From an uncultured delta proteobacterium (GTDB taxonomy: Bacteria; Myxococcota; UBA727; VGSZ01), in assembly GCA_963775425.1 (NCBI GenBank), contig CAVZJB010000016.1, positions 672,001 through 736,000 of the forward strand: DNA of 64,000 nt. Direction: 5' to 3'. Below the pieces are notes generated by a model, which was not told where the DNA came from, did no database searches, and saw nothing but the letters and a program-made list of their open reading frames with translations. Each line of letters begins with the position of its first letter. The stretch's first letter is position 1. Positions 16,908 to 26,280 of the stretch are shown here, one piece after another. The position numbers were made by a program, and so were the translations under genes.

Positions 16908-19900
16908 CGGGAGCTCCTGTGCACGAAGGGGACCCACGCTTCGACGTCCTCGGGCAGCCGCGTGCCATCGGCGACGATCAGCCGCGGGTCGGTGAGCGCG
17001 ATGAGGTTGTCCGGCAAGACCGCGAGCGCGAGGCGGCGGCCGAAGGCGTCGGTGACGGCTCCCTTCTTGGCCGCGTCCGCGACGGCCTTGTCCCAGAGGC
17101 CGAGCATCTTGTCCGGTGTCAGCTTCTCGTCCTTGGGCGCGGTCTTTTCGAAGGTGCGCGTCTGTTTGTAGAGCGCGTCGAGCACTCTGTAGAAGCGATC
17201 GGCCAACGGCAGCAGCGGATCGAACGAGGTGGACCCGCGCGCGCTCACGGTGGCGTCGATGTCCGCCGGCGCCGGCGTGCTCTGCACGAGGAGCACCGTC
17301 GCCGCCGCCGCGTTCTTGCCGCGGATGTGGCCGAGCGACAGCGCCGTGGCGTCGAGCACGCCGAACGCGTCGTGGCGCATCTGCACGGCGGTGGCGAGCC
17401 TGTCCATCGCGTCCACGCCCGGCAGCGGCGCGAGCTGCCCGAGCGTCGCGTCGACGCCGAACAGGCCCACGGCCGCCTTGACGCCGCCCTTCTGATCGCG
17501 CGTGCTGATGTCGAGCTCGGCTTTTTCGCCGGGACGGAGCACGCGCTTTTGCGGCGTCACGTCGACGAGGAGCGTCTCCTGCCGCGGGACGAACACGCGG
17601 GCGACGCCGGCGTCGAAGCGCGCCTCGTACCATCCGTCCTTGTCCTTCGGCAGCGTGAACCTGGCCGAGCGCGTCTTGTCGTCGACAGGCTCCTCGAGGC
17701 GCGCCCCCGGGCTCTCGAGCACGAGCTTCTTCGGCAGCGTGCCCGAGAAGCCGGGCCCGCGAATGATCTGGACGGTGACGACGTCGCCGGGCGCGGCGAT
17801 CACCTCGCTCGCGCGCAGCCGGATGCGCGGCACGGCGCCCGGCCGGAGCCGGACCACGGTGTCGCCGACGAGCTCGTCGCCGGCGCGCGCCGTCACCTTC
17901 AGCTCGTACCCGAGCATGGTCGTGGCGACGGCGCGCGCGGGCCCGCCGGGGAGCGCGACGGGCTCGACGAAGAAGCGCAGCGCGCCGAAGCGGGGCGCGC
18001 CGGAGCCGGCGTCGTCACCGGTGTCCTCGTCGGCGCCGGCGCCGGCGCCGAGGGTGCGGGGCCGCGCGAACGTCGCGAGCTTCTGCTCCACGCAGAAGGC
18101 CCTTTTGTCGTCGAGCGGCTGCTGCACGTCGCCGGCGTCCTTCTCGAAGTCGGCGAAGAAGCGGCGCCCGTCGAGCTGCCACACGAGCAGGCGCGGGAGC
18201 CGCGCCGCCGTGGTCATGCGCCCGAGGCACGAGCGCGCGTCGAGCACGGCGCTGTCGAGCTCCGCCCGCAGGCCGTCGGGCAGCGTGTCGTCGCCCGCCT
18301 GCTCCGGCCGCAGCCCCGCCAGCGACGGCGTGAACGCGTAGGTGAGCCGGAAGATGCGCGCGCCGCCCGGGGGCACGCTCCGGCCGCGCAGCGCCTGCTC
18401 CACGCACGGCCCGGCCGTGCCGCTCGCCCGCACGCGCGACACCGCGCCCGACGGCAGCACCCGCGCCTGCACCGAGGTGCTCGCGCCCGCGCTCTGGGCG
18501 AAGCGCGCGCACGACGCCACGAGCGGGTTCCAACGATCGACGGCCGCGATCTCGGCGAGCGTCGCGTCCCCGCGCACGCTCTCGGTGAGCGACGTGCGCT
18601 GCACCACCGGCGGCGGCGGCGGCAGCCGCACGGGCATCGGGGGGATGAGGACGTTGACCGCAGGCCCCGGGTCGAGCTGGATGGCGGCGACGCCGTCCTC
18701 GTCGGTGTCGACGGTGGTGCCCTTGTCCGCAGGATCCCAGGCGCGCTTCACCACCAGGCTGACCTTGTCGAGGGGCGCGCCGGCGACCGTGGTGGCCCGC
18801 AGGTAGGCGCGGTTGTTCACGCCCGCGACGAGCTCGCCGTTGTCGCCGAGCTCGCTCACGACGTCGACGTCGATGGCGTCGTGGGAGAGCAGGAGGGTGC
18901 CCTGCCCCACCTGGCGATCGCCCGTGTCGTCCCGCGCGGTGACCGTGGCCGTGACGCGCACCTTCTTGAGGAGATCGGCGGGCACCGCCGGCAAGGCGAG
19001 CTCCGCGTTTCCGCCGGCGTCGGTCTTCGCCTCCTTGGGGAACGCGGCCACCCACTCCGGCGGCGGCGGCCACGCACCGGTGAGGCGCCATTGGATCTCG
19101 AGGGACGCGCGCGTGGGGACGCCGGAGGCGTAGGCGACGTGTACGCGCAGGCGCGGCTGCGCCTTGGGCGCGTAAAACGGCTTGGCCGGCGCGACGTCGA
19201 CGGTGAAGCGCGGCAGCTCGAACGGCTTCACGCTGACGACGACGTCATCGGACGCCCCGCCGCTCTCGTAGCGCACGTGCCACTCGCCCTCGGGGGAGCT
19301 CTTGTCGAGCGGCAGCTCGCCGGCGGCGACGCCGAATTCGCCCGCGTCGCTCTTTTCGTCGAGGACGGTGGTGCCGCTCGGGTCCTTCACCACGAAGCGC
19401 CCCGGCCGCCCGTCGAGGGGGACGAGGTCACGCGCGCGCAGGACCACCGCGCGGAACTGGATGGTGTGGCCCGGCTCGTACAGGGGGCGGTCCGTCATCA
19501 CGTGAATGCGGGCGGGCGCGTAGACGGGCAGCGCGAGCTGCGCCGACGCCGAGCCGGCCGCGGTGCTGGCCAGGACCTCGAGCTCGTAGTCGCCGTCCCC
19601 CAAATCAGCGGGCAGCGTGACGGCGCCGGTGAGCGCGTGGGGGATCTCGGGGGCCCCTTCGCGGTCGAGGCGCAGCGGAATCGGGGCGTTGCCGGCGGCC
19701 TTGCCGAGGTCCTTGCGGTGGAGGTCGCCGACCAGGCGGAGCTGGACGGACTTGACGTCGACGGGCGCGGACAACACCGACGCGCTGTCGCCGACGACGT
19801 ACATCATGCGCGCGTGCACCACGACCCTGCCGGGGTGTCCGCGCCGCAGGCTCTCGACGGCGACGTCGATGACGGGCTGCACCTCGCCGGCGGGGCACTG

Positions 19901-20023
19901 CTCGACGTGCACGCCCCAACGAAACCACGCGCCAAAGCACGTGTGCGACGATGCCGCCACAAAGGCGGCGACGGCGAGGACCGCGCCTGCGGCCCCCACG
20001 AGCACGAGGCGTCGTGTGGTCAT
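16904..20023 (-). CDS. MG2/A2M_N domain protein (N-terminal half of alpha-2-macroglobulin)
   Basis: TDRPLYEPGHTIQFR, EFGVAAGEL.L, FELPRFTV, LRPGEKAELDI...VGLFGVD motifs; N-terminal hydrophobic anchor. Confidence 0.85.
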   Translation of the reverse strand: MTTRRLVLVGAAGAVLAVAAFVAASSHTCFGAWFRWGVHVEQCPAGEVQPVIDVAVESLRRGHPGRVVVHARMMYVVGDSASVLSAPVDVKSVQLRLVGDLHRKDLGKAAGNAPIPLRLDREGAPEIPHALTGAVTLPADLGDGDYELEVLASTAAGSASAQLALPVYAPARIHVMTDRPLYEPGHTIQFRAVVLRARDLVPLDGRPGRFVVKDPSGTTVLDEKSDAGEFGVAAGELPLDKSSPEGEWHVRYESGGASDDVVVSVKPFELPRFTVDVAPAKPFYAPKAQPRLRVHVAYASGVPTRASLEIQWRLTGAWPPPPEWVAAFPKEAKTDAGGNAELALPAVPADLLKKVRVTATVTARDDTGDRQVGQGTLLLSHDAIDVDVVSELGDNGELVAGVNNRAYLRATTVAGAPLDKVSLVVKRAWDPADKGTTVDTDEDGVAAIQLDPGPAVNVLIPPMPVRLPPPPPVVQRTSLTESVRGDATLAEIAAVDRWNPLVASCARFAQSAGASTSVQARVLPSGAVSRVRASGTAGPCVEQALRGRSVPPGGARIFRLTYAFTPSLAGLRPEQAGDDTLPDGLRAELDSAVLDARSCLGRMTTAARLPRLLVWQLDGRRFFADFEKDAGDVQQPLDDKRAFCVEQKLATFARPRTLGAGAGADEDTGDDAGSGAPRFGALRFFVEPVALPGGPARAVATTMLGYELKVTARAGDELVGDTVVRLRPGAVPRIRLRASEVIAAPGDVVTVQIIRGPGFSGTLPKKLVLESPGARLEEPVDDKTRSARFTLPKDKDGWYEARFDAGVARVFVPRQETLLVDVTPQKRVLRPGEKAELDISTRDQKGGVKAAVGLFGVDATLGQLAPLPGVDAMDRLATAVQMRHDAFGVLDATALSLGHIRGKNAAAATVLLVQSTPAPADIDATVSARGSTSFDPLLPLADRFYRVLDALYKQTRTFEKTAPKDEKLTPDKMLGLWDKAVADAAKKGAVTDAFGRRLALAVLPDNLIALTDPRLIVADGTRLPEDVEAWVPFVHRSSR

Positions 20024-20080
20024 GGCCCGGGTATAGACGTTTCCGGGCTCGATTGGATTTGTCGCGCCCGCTCGCGCGCC

Positions 20081-21037
20081 TTACGCGTGCGGCTGCTGCG
20101 CCGTCCGCGGGGTCGATGCGCGCGCCTCGACGACGGCGCCGCCGGCGCTCTTTACGCGCACCGGGCCGTCATCGGCGAGCTTCACCACCGCAAGCGCGCG
20201 CCCGTCCGCCGCCGACGTCACCGCGCCGAGGACGGCGTCTCCGTCGCCGAGGACGGCGTCGCCCGCCGCGAGGCGCGCGCCCTCGATGACGACGAGGCGC
20301 TTGCGCTGCTTGCCGTAGGTGTCCAGGCGCGCGATGACCTCCTGGCCGATGTAGCAGCCCTTGGCCCAGTGCACGGCGTCGTGCATGCCGAGGTCGAGCG
20401 GGGTGAACGCGTCGGTGATCTCGGCGGAGCCGGGGACGCCGGCGGCGATGCGCGCGATCTCGGCGTCCTCTGCGCCGGTGTCGGCGGCGAGCGACCCCAA
20501 GTCGGCCGGCGCGGAGCCTCCGAGCTGCACGACCACGAAGCCGGGCACACGCTCGCCGGCGCCGGTGACGCGATCGAAGCCGCGAGCGACGAGCGTGCAG
20601 TCGCGCTCCACGAAGCCCCACGGCGGCAGCGCGCCCGCTTGGGGGGCGATGGCGTCGACGACGGCGGGGGCGCCGGCGCCGCAGACGTCGAAGGCGGCGC
20701 CGGCGGCGCTGTGGTCGTCGAGCTCGACCTTCTCGGTGAACAGGTAGCGGTCGAGCCAGGCGGTGATCGCGGGGCCGCGCCCCGGGCTGCCGACGAGGAG
20801 GACGCCGGCGTCGCCGCGATCGAGGTGGAGCACGAGGTCCACGAGGCGCCCTTTGTCGGTGAGCAAAGCATTCAGCCGGCCGTCGCCTGCCTGGAGGTCC
20901 TTCACGTGTTGCGTGGACATGCGGTGGAGGAACACCCGCGCGTCGGCCCCGCGCAAAAGGACGCGCGCGCGCGCGCGGGCGTCGACGACGACGACGCCGG
21001 AGGCGAGACGGTCCATGACCGGAGGGAGCTGCGTCAT
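20081..21037 (-). CDS. ygfZ: YgfZ/GcvT-family folate-binding protein
   Basis: KGCYIGQEVIAR signature; GADARVFLHRMST; LLTDKGR. Confidence 0.92.
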   Translation of the reverse strand: MTQLPPVMDRLASGVVVVDARARARVLLRGADARVFLHRMSTQHVKDLQAGDGRLNALLTDKGRLVDLVLHLDRGDAGVLLVGSPGRGPAITAWLDRYLFTEKVELDDHSAAGAAFDVCGAGAPAVVDAIAPQAGALPPWGFVERDCTLVARGFDRVTGAGERVPGFVVVQLGGSAPADLGSLAADTGAEDAEIARIAAGVPGSAEITDAFTPLDLGMHDAVHWAKGCYIGQEVIARLDTYGKQRKRLVVIEGARLAAGDAVLGDGDAVLGAVTSAADGRALAVVKLADDGPVRVKSAGGAVVEARASTPRTAQQPHA

Positions 21038-21135
21038 GGCGGGGTTGTACCATCGAAGCCGAACACGGCGACCGGGCGCGTGCAGCGCGCCCTGTCGCTG
21101 CGCTACCGTCGACACGTGACGTCTGCGGAGCGAGC

Positions 21136-22347
21136 GTGACCGAGAGCTGTCCTCGATGCATGCCGGGCCGTGTCGAGGTGCGCGGCAAGGGGATCGCTTC
21201 GTGCGCGCAGTGCGGCGGCGGGTTCATTCCGCTCGCCCAGGCGTTCGCCGCCCTCAAGAAGGCGGGCGTCGAAGGCGCCCAGCTCCAGGAGATCCTCGCC
21301 CGCGACGGGCGCAAGATCCGGCCCTGCGTCACCTGCGGCCAGCCATTCACGACCTTCCCCTTGCGCGGCGAGCTGGTGCACGCGTGCGTGACCTGCGGCG
21401 CGTTCTGGCTGGACAAGGGCGCCGTCGACCGCCTCACCGGCGTGTCCACCGACCCGCCGCCGCCGCGGCCTTCGGCCCCGCAGCCCTCGCCCGCGCCGCA
21501 GCCCTCGCCCCCGCCCCCGCCCGGAGGGGATGGCAGGCCCGCCACCACGCCGGCCGTCCTCGTCGAGGACATCGCGCCGCTGCCGTCGGCGCCGCCGCCG
21601 AGCGCGGGGCTCATCGACCCGCTTCAGGCCCCGCGCCCGCAGCGGCAACCCGAGCCGCGCCTCTCGCTCGATCCCTCGCTCGACCCCGATCTGCAGCTTC
21701 CGCCGAAGGCGAAGGCGCGGGAGATCTCCAAGCCGCACGCGGGCGCGCCCAAGCGCGGCAGCTCTCGCGACGCGATGCTCCTCGCCGGACAGACCGGGAT
21801 GTCCGTGGGCGCCAAGCTCGGCATCCTCCTCGTGCTCGTCGTCGCTGCGGCGGCGTTCCTCACCGTGCGCGCCGTGCGCCAGCCCCCCGTCACCGACGTC
21901 GGCGGCGGCCGCACCGCGATGTTCTGGGACGCGCCGGTGGAGCGGCTCTCGCTCGAGCTCCCCTTTGCCAAAGCCGTTCGCTCCACGTCGGCGAAGAGCG
22001 AGGGCGTGCTCGAAGCGGTGTACGTGCCGCAGCTCCCCGCCGGCAAGGGCATCGACGTCGTCATCAGCGACATCTACGGCGCCGGCGCCCACGTCACCCA
22101 GGCGGGCGTGCGCATCGGCGACGTGCGCGTCATCAAGGGCGCCGGCCCGGTGTTGCTGCCCGATGAGCGGGGCGCCGATGAGCGGGGCGCCGATGAGCGG
22201 GGCTCCGATGACGCGCGGCCGGCACCCAGGGCGGCGCGGATTCGCGCATACCTCGGCGCCAAAGAGGCCTGGATCCTCGTCGCCGCCGGCGACGTGTCGA
22301 GCGCGGCCGCCGGAGAGCACTTCCTCGCGTCGCTGCAGAAGCCCTGA
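21136..22347 (+). CDS. Double zinc-ribbon (zf-TFIIB-like), Pro-rich, single-TM protein
   Basis: CPRC, CAQCGGGF, CVTC, CVTCGAFWLDKG; Pro-rich linker; TM GILLVLVVAAAAFL. Confidence 0.7.
   Translation: MTESCPRCMPGRVEVRGKGIASCAQCGGGFIPLAQAFAALKKAGVEGAQLQEILARDGRKIRPCVTCGQPFTTFPLRGELVHACVTCGAFWLDKGAVDRLTGVSTDPPPPRPSAPQPSPAPQPSPPPPPGGDGRPATTPAVLVEDIAPLPSAPPPSAGLIDPLQAPRPQRQPEPRLSLDPSLDPDLQLPPKAKAREISKPHAGAPKRGSSRDAMLLAGQTGMSVGAKLGILLVLVVAAAAFLTVRAVRQPPVTDVGGGRTAMFWDAPVERLSLELPFAKAVRSTSAKSEGVLEAVYVPQLPAGKGIDVVISDIYGAGAHVTQAGVRIGDVRVIKGAGPVLLPDERGADERGADERGSDDARPAPRAARIRAYLGAKEAWILVAAGDVSSAAAGEHFLASLQKP
22162..22206 (+). repeat. In-frame 15-bp tandem repeat x3 (DERGA)
   Basis: GATGAGCGGGGCGCC x2 followed by GATGAGCGGGGCTCC. 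Confidence 0.85.
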
Positions 22348-22353
22348 CGAGCG

Positions 22354-23193
22354 CTACTTCTTGAAGGTGACCACGACCTCGCGGCCTTCGAGCTTGGAGG
22401 TGTACGGCGCCGCCTCCTTCATCTCGATGGTGATGCGGATGGTGGGCGTGGCGTCGTCGATCTCCGACGGCGTGATCATCTTGACCGGGCTGTCGAAGAA
22501 CGTGGTGTCGAGGTGGTTCTTGTTGTTGCGCAGCGGGATGGTGGCGTTTTGAATCTCGAGCACGACGAGGTTGTCGCCCTCTTTGCGCACCGTGAACTTG
22601 GCCCCGGCGTTCATGCGCGCATAGATGCGCGACTCCGTGGCCGTGTTCTTGAACCCGATGTACGTCATGTGCCGCGGCCCGTCGCCCGCCTGCGCGAGCT
22701 CGACGTCGCTGGTGGCGCGGCCGACGCTGCCCTCGATGACGGAGGCGGGCGCGTCGGTGGCGACGCCGCGCTGCGTGTTCATCGCGAGCTGCACGCCCGC
22801 CGCGTCTTTGAAGTCCTTCTTGGCGCTGAGGTAGAGGCTCAGCGTGATCTCGTTTCCGTGGGCGGAGACGTCGTAGTCGACGGCGTTTCGGAGGTTCACC
22901 GACAGGCGCGACATCTGCGAGGAGCGCGTGTCGTGACGGGTGACCTCGATGCCCTCGATGGCGCCGCCTTTGTGGTCGAAGCGCACGGGGCCCGGCTCCG
23001 CCGCGGTGTCGAGGAGGTCGACGACGAGGACCGGCGGCGCGGACCGCGCCCACGACTGGAACGTCAAGGGCTCGCTCGCCTTCACCACCACGTCCACCCG
23101 CTCCGCCGACGGCCGCACGTCGATGCCTTTGAGCGTCGCCCCCGCGAAAGCGGGGGTGGCAGCGAGGAACACGACCAGCGACGCGCGCAACAT
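22354..23193 (-). CDS. Periplasmic AMIN-domain protein (two AMIN-like domains)
   Basis: Signal peptide; PPVLVVDLLD and NLVVLEIQNA...LDTTFFDSPV patterns; GGAGG SD. Confidence 0.75.
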   Translation of the reverse strand: MLRASLVVFLAATPAFAGATLKGIDVRPSAERVDVVVKASEPLTFQSWARSAPPVLVVDLLDTAAEPGPVRFDHKGGAIEGIEVTRHDTRSSQMSRLSVNLRNAVDYDVSAHGNEITLSLYLSAKKDFKDAAGVQLAMNTQRGVATDAPASVIEGSVGRATSDVELAQAGDGPRHMTYIGFKNTATESRIYARMNAGAKFTVRKEGDNLVVLEIQNATIPLRNNKNHLDTTFFDSPVKMITPSEIDDATPTIRITIEMKEAAPYTSKLEGREVVVTFKK

Positions 23194-23262
23194 GAGGACC
23201 CTCCGGGACCCGTGCACGCTAGCAGAGGACGGCGCAGGCCGAAAAAAAGCGGCCGCGCGCGG

Positions 23263-24522
23263 CTAAAAGAGGGGGAAGGCGGGATCCATCGGCACCCCGA
23301 GGATCCGGTGTCGCACCTGGCCGACCACGTACAGCGAGCCGCACACGAGCGTGTCACGCCCCCCGGTGCGCGCGAGCGCCTCTTCGAGCGTGGCGGGCTC
23401 GGCGACGCCGAGGCCGCGGGAGAGCGCGCGGGCGAGCTCGCCGGGCGACATCGAGCGCGGGCTGCCCGCGGGCACGGCGAAGGTGCGCGCGGGCGCGAGT
23501 GGGGCGAGCGCGCGGCCGAAGGCCGCGGGGTCCTTGCCCATCGTCATCGCGACAATCAGGCAGAGCGGCCCCGCGCGGCGCGCGTCGGCGGCGGCGACGG
23601 CGGCGAGCGCCTGCGCGCCGGTCTCGTTGTGGGCGCCGTCGACGACGAGGAGCGGCCCGGTCGACAGCGTCTCGTAGCGCCCGGGCCACACGGTGGAGGC
23701 CACGGCGCGGCGGGCGACGGCGTCGTCGACGCGGAGGCCGGCGGCGTGGACGGCGGCGACGGCGACGGAGGCGTTTTGCTGCTGGTGCGCGCCGGCGAGC
23801 GACGGGGTGAGCGTGTCGTCCACCTCGACGAAGCGCAGCGGCGCCGACACCTCGCGCGCGCGCTCGCGCAGCTCATACGCGGCCTCGGGCTCCTGTGGCG
23901 ACGACACCGCGTTCACCCCGGGCTTGAGGATGCCCGCCTTCTCGCGCGCGATGCCGGCGAGCGTCGGCCCGAGGTGCTCGACGTGGTCGATGCCGATGCG
24001 GGTGAGCGCGCAGGCGGCGGGCGCGCAGACGTTGGTGGCGTCGAGCCTGCCGCCGAGCCCGACCTCGACCACCGCGACGTCGACGCCGACGTCGCGAAAG
24101 TGCAGGAACGCCATGGCGATCATCTGCTCGAAGAAGCTGACCTCGAGGGCACCGCCGGCGCCGCCCGTCGCGCGCGCCACGGGGGCGTCGGCGCCCGCGC
24201 GCACGCGGGCCTCGAGCGCGGCGAAGGTCGCCTCGTCGATCATCGTGCCGTCGACGGCGATGCGCTCGCGCGCCGTGCACAGGTGCGGGCTCGTGGTGAG
24301 CCCCGTGCGCAGGCCGTGGGCGCGCACGATGGCCTCGATGAAGGCGCAGGTGCTGCCCTTCCCCTTGGTGCCGGCGACGTGAATCACGCGGAGCGCACGC
24401 TCGGGGTTGTCGAGGCGCGCGAGCAACGCGCGCATGCGCTCGAGCCCGAGCTTGGGGCGCGTCGGCGACGACAGCAGACGAGCGAGGGCCCTCTCGTAGG
24501 CCGTGCGGGCGTCCGGGCTCAT
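23263..24522 (-). CDS. folC: Folylpolyglutamate synthase/dihydrofolate synthase
   Basis: IHVAGTKGKGST, TSPHL, EVGLGGRLDATN, WPGR, DGAHN, CGSLYVVG. Confidence 0.97.
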   Translation of the reverse strand: MSPDARTAYERALARLLSSPTRPKLGLERMRALLARLDNPERALRVIHVAGTKGKGSTCAFIEAIVRAHGLRTGLTTSPHLCTARERIAVDGTMIDEATFAALEARVRAGADAPVARATGGAGGALEVSFFEQMIAMAFLHFRDVGVDVAVVEVGLGGRLDATNVCAPAACALTRIGIDHVEHLGPTLAGIAREKAGILKPGVNAVSSPQEPEAAYELRERAREVSAPLRFVEVDDTLTPSLAGAHQQQNASVAVAAVHAAGLRVDDAVARRAVASTVWPGRYETLSTGPLLVVDGAHNETGAQALAAVAAADARRAGPLCLIVAMTMGKDPAAFGRALAPLAPARTFAVPAGSPRSMSPGELARALSRGLGVAEPATLEEALARTGGRDTLVCGSLYVVGQVRHRILGVPMDPAFPLF

Positions 24523-24535
24523 ATCGGGGCGCGCG

Positions 24536-25471
24536 TCAGAACTGGAACTCGTCGGTGAGCTCGACGAGGTGCATGTTCTTCAGGCGAAGCGCGGACAGCT
24601 CGTTCTTGGTGACCTCATAGAACGAGGGCTTCAGGTGGTAGACGAAGAGCGGGATCTCGTCGCGGCGCGCGATCTTCTTCATCTCCACGTCGAGCGTCTG
24701 CGGCGTGTAGTGGCCGGCGACGTCGGCGAGCGCCTGCATGTGGTTCGGGAACGACAGCTCCACGAACATCCCGCGCAGGTCCTCGGTCTCGTTGGCCACC
24801 TGCCACAGCTTGGTGGTGGGGCCCGTGTCCGACGTGTACAGGATGGCCCCGTTCACCCCGCGGATGATCATGGCCATGGACTCGACGGGGTGCGTGACGG
24901 GCACGTAGCGCACGTCGTACTCGCCGGCCTGAAGCGGCGGCAGCAGCCGTCGCCCGCTCACCTTGCCCGTCGGCTTCTTCTTGGGCGGCGCCTTCTTGGC
25001 CTTCTTGGAGGCCACGCGCTTGAGCTTCTGCGGCGGCGCCGGCTCCGCACCAAAGATCGACGAGCCCGGGCTCATGACGACGTCGCCGCTGGGGCCGGGG
25101 ATGCGGAAGGGCTCGGTGTGCACGTGGATCTTCATCACCGGCGCTTGCGGCGTGGGGATCCTCGTGAAGTCCGGCCACAAATAGTTGTTGAAGTAGCTCG
25201 ACTGCAGCGTCTCCGCCGTCTCGGGCCCGCAGTGAAGCGCGACCGGGGCTTTGCGACGGCCGATCACCTGGTCCGCGAGGAGGGCGAGGTCCTTCACGTG
25301 GTCCATGTGGCTGTGGCTGATGAGCATGTGATCGATCTTCACCTGCTCGTCGAGGCTGAGGCTGCGGCACACGGCGCCGGCATCGATGGTGATGCGCTCG
25401 TCGATGAGGAAACACGTCGTCCGGTGACGCGGTGTCTCTCCTCCGTGGCACCCGAGGACGCGGACTCGCAT
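24536..25471 (-). CDS. Class II (metallo-beta-lactamase fold) 3',5'-cyclic nucleotide phosphodiesterase
   Basis: LGCHGG, IDAG, SHSHMDH, YTSDTGPT, ELSFPN, GHYTP, YHLKP. Confidence 0.88.
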   Translation of the reverse strand: MRVRVLGCHGGETPRHRTTCFLIDERITIDAGAVCRSLSLDEQVKIDHMLISHSHMDHVKDLALLADQVIGRRKAPVALHCGPETAETLQSSYFNNYLWPDFTRIPTPQAPVMKIHVHTEPFRIPGPSGDVVMSPGSSIFGAEPAPPQKLKRVASKKAKKAPPKKKPTGKVSGRRLLPPLQAGEYDVRYVPVTHPVESMAMIIRGVNGAILYTSDTGPTTKLWQVANETEDLRGMFVELSFPNHMQALADVAGHYTPQTLDVEMKKIARRDEIPLFVYHLKPSFYEVTKNELSALRLKNMHLVELTDEFQF

Positions 25472-25541
25472 AAGTGTCGACGGTCGCAGCACGCGACGGG
25501 TCAGGTCAAGGATCCGTGCGCCCCGACGGGGAACGGAAACG

Positions 25542-25557
25542 TGTGCTCTGCGTCACA
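25542..25557. promoter_or_regulatory. CRP/FNR-family-like box TGTGC-N6-TCACA upstream of the phosphodiesterase
   Basis: One mismatch to TGTGA-N6-TCACA, with AAAC/CTT flanks; overlaps the crp stop codon; minus-strand TTGACC at 25504-25509. Confidence 0.5.
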
Positions 25558-26194
25558 CTTCGCCGAAGCGCTCGCGCATCTCGAGGAACTCGAGGAACTC
25601 CTCGAGCTTCTTCACGTCGGGCACGACGAGGCCGCCGTCGGGGTTGTGCACGAGGCGCGAGCGCTCCAGGCGCGCGAGGACCTCGTTGACCTTGGCGTCC
25701 TCGACGCTGGTGCGGTGGGCGATGTCGCCGGCCGTGACCTGCAGGAGGGCGTTGCCCTGCGCGTCGCGCGGCGCCGTGTGGCAGAGCTGGAGCAGCGCGT
25801 GGACGATGCGGCTGTTGGCGTCACCGAGGAGCAGGTTCTCGATCTGCTGGTTGGCGTTGTCGAGGCGGCGCGCGAGCTTCTTGATCATCCGCACCGCGAT
25901 CTCGGTGTTGGCCTTGATCATCGCCTCGAAGGTGCGCGGGTCCAGCACGAGGAGGTGGGCGTCCTCGAGGACCACGGCGGTGGCCGTGCGCGGCTTGTCG
26001 TTGATGATGGACATCTCGCCGAAGAACTCGCCGGCGGGGAGGTCCGCGAGGAGCTTCTCCACGCCACGGATGTTGCGGGTGAGGCGCACCTTGCCCGACT
26101 GGATGACGTACATCTCCTTGCCGGGGTCGCCCTCACGAAAGAGCACCTGCCCCGCCGGCACCGTTCGCCCGAACCGCTCGATGAGTGACGTCAT
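25553..26194 (-). CDS. Crp/Fnr family cNMP-binding regulator
   Basis: LFREGDPG.EMYVIQSGKV...GEFFGEMS...PRTATA; C-terminal HTH-like region. Confidence 0.92.
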   Translation of the reverse strand: MTSLIERFGRTVPAGQVLFREGDPGKEMYVIQSGKVRLTRNIRGVEKLLADLPAGEFFGEMSIINDKPRTATAVVLEDAHLLVLDPRTFEAMIKANTEIAVRMIKKLARRLDNANQQIENLLLGDANSRIVHALLQLCHTAPRDAQGNALLQVTAGDIAHRTSVEDAKVNEVLARLERSRLVHNPDGGLVVPDVKKLEEFLEFLEMRERFGEV

Positions 26195-26280
26195 GCCGAG
26201 CCAGTCTCGTCCCGCCGCGGGCGCGCGGCAAGTACCCGGCCGCGCTGATCAAGCGACCGGAGGGAGCGGCCGCCCGGACG

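Noticed and set aside
18083-18406. Relocated functional thioester (CVEQ x2) as an established feature
   Set aside because: The context fits disulfide-bonded TonB-C/AgmX-like modules, not a TED helical barrel; kept only as a low-probability hypothesis.
16919-21139. Very long plus-strand ORF (1406 aa) and similar ORFs at 6789-10022, 34969-37884, 40357-43662 and 53959-56928
   Set aside because: Antisense shadow frames of well-supported genes; stop codons are rare in very GC-rich DNA and the translations are low-complexity R/G/A/V.
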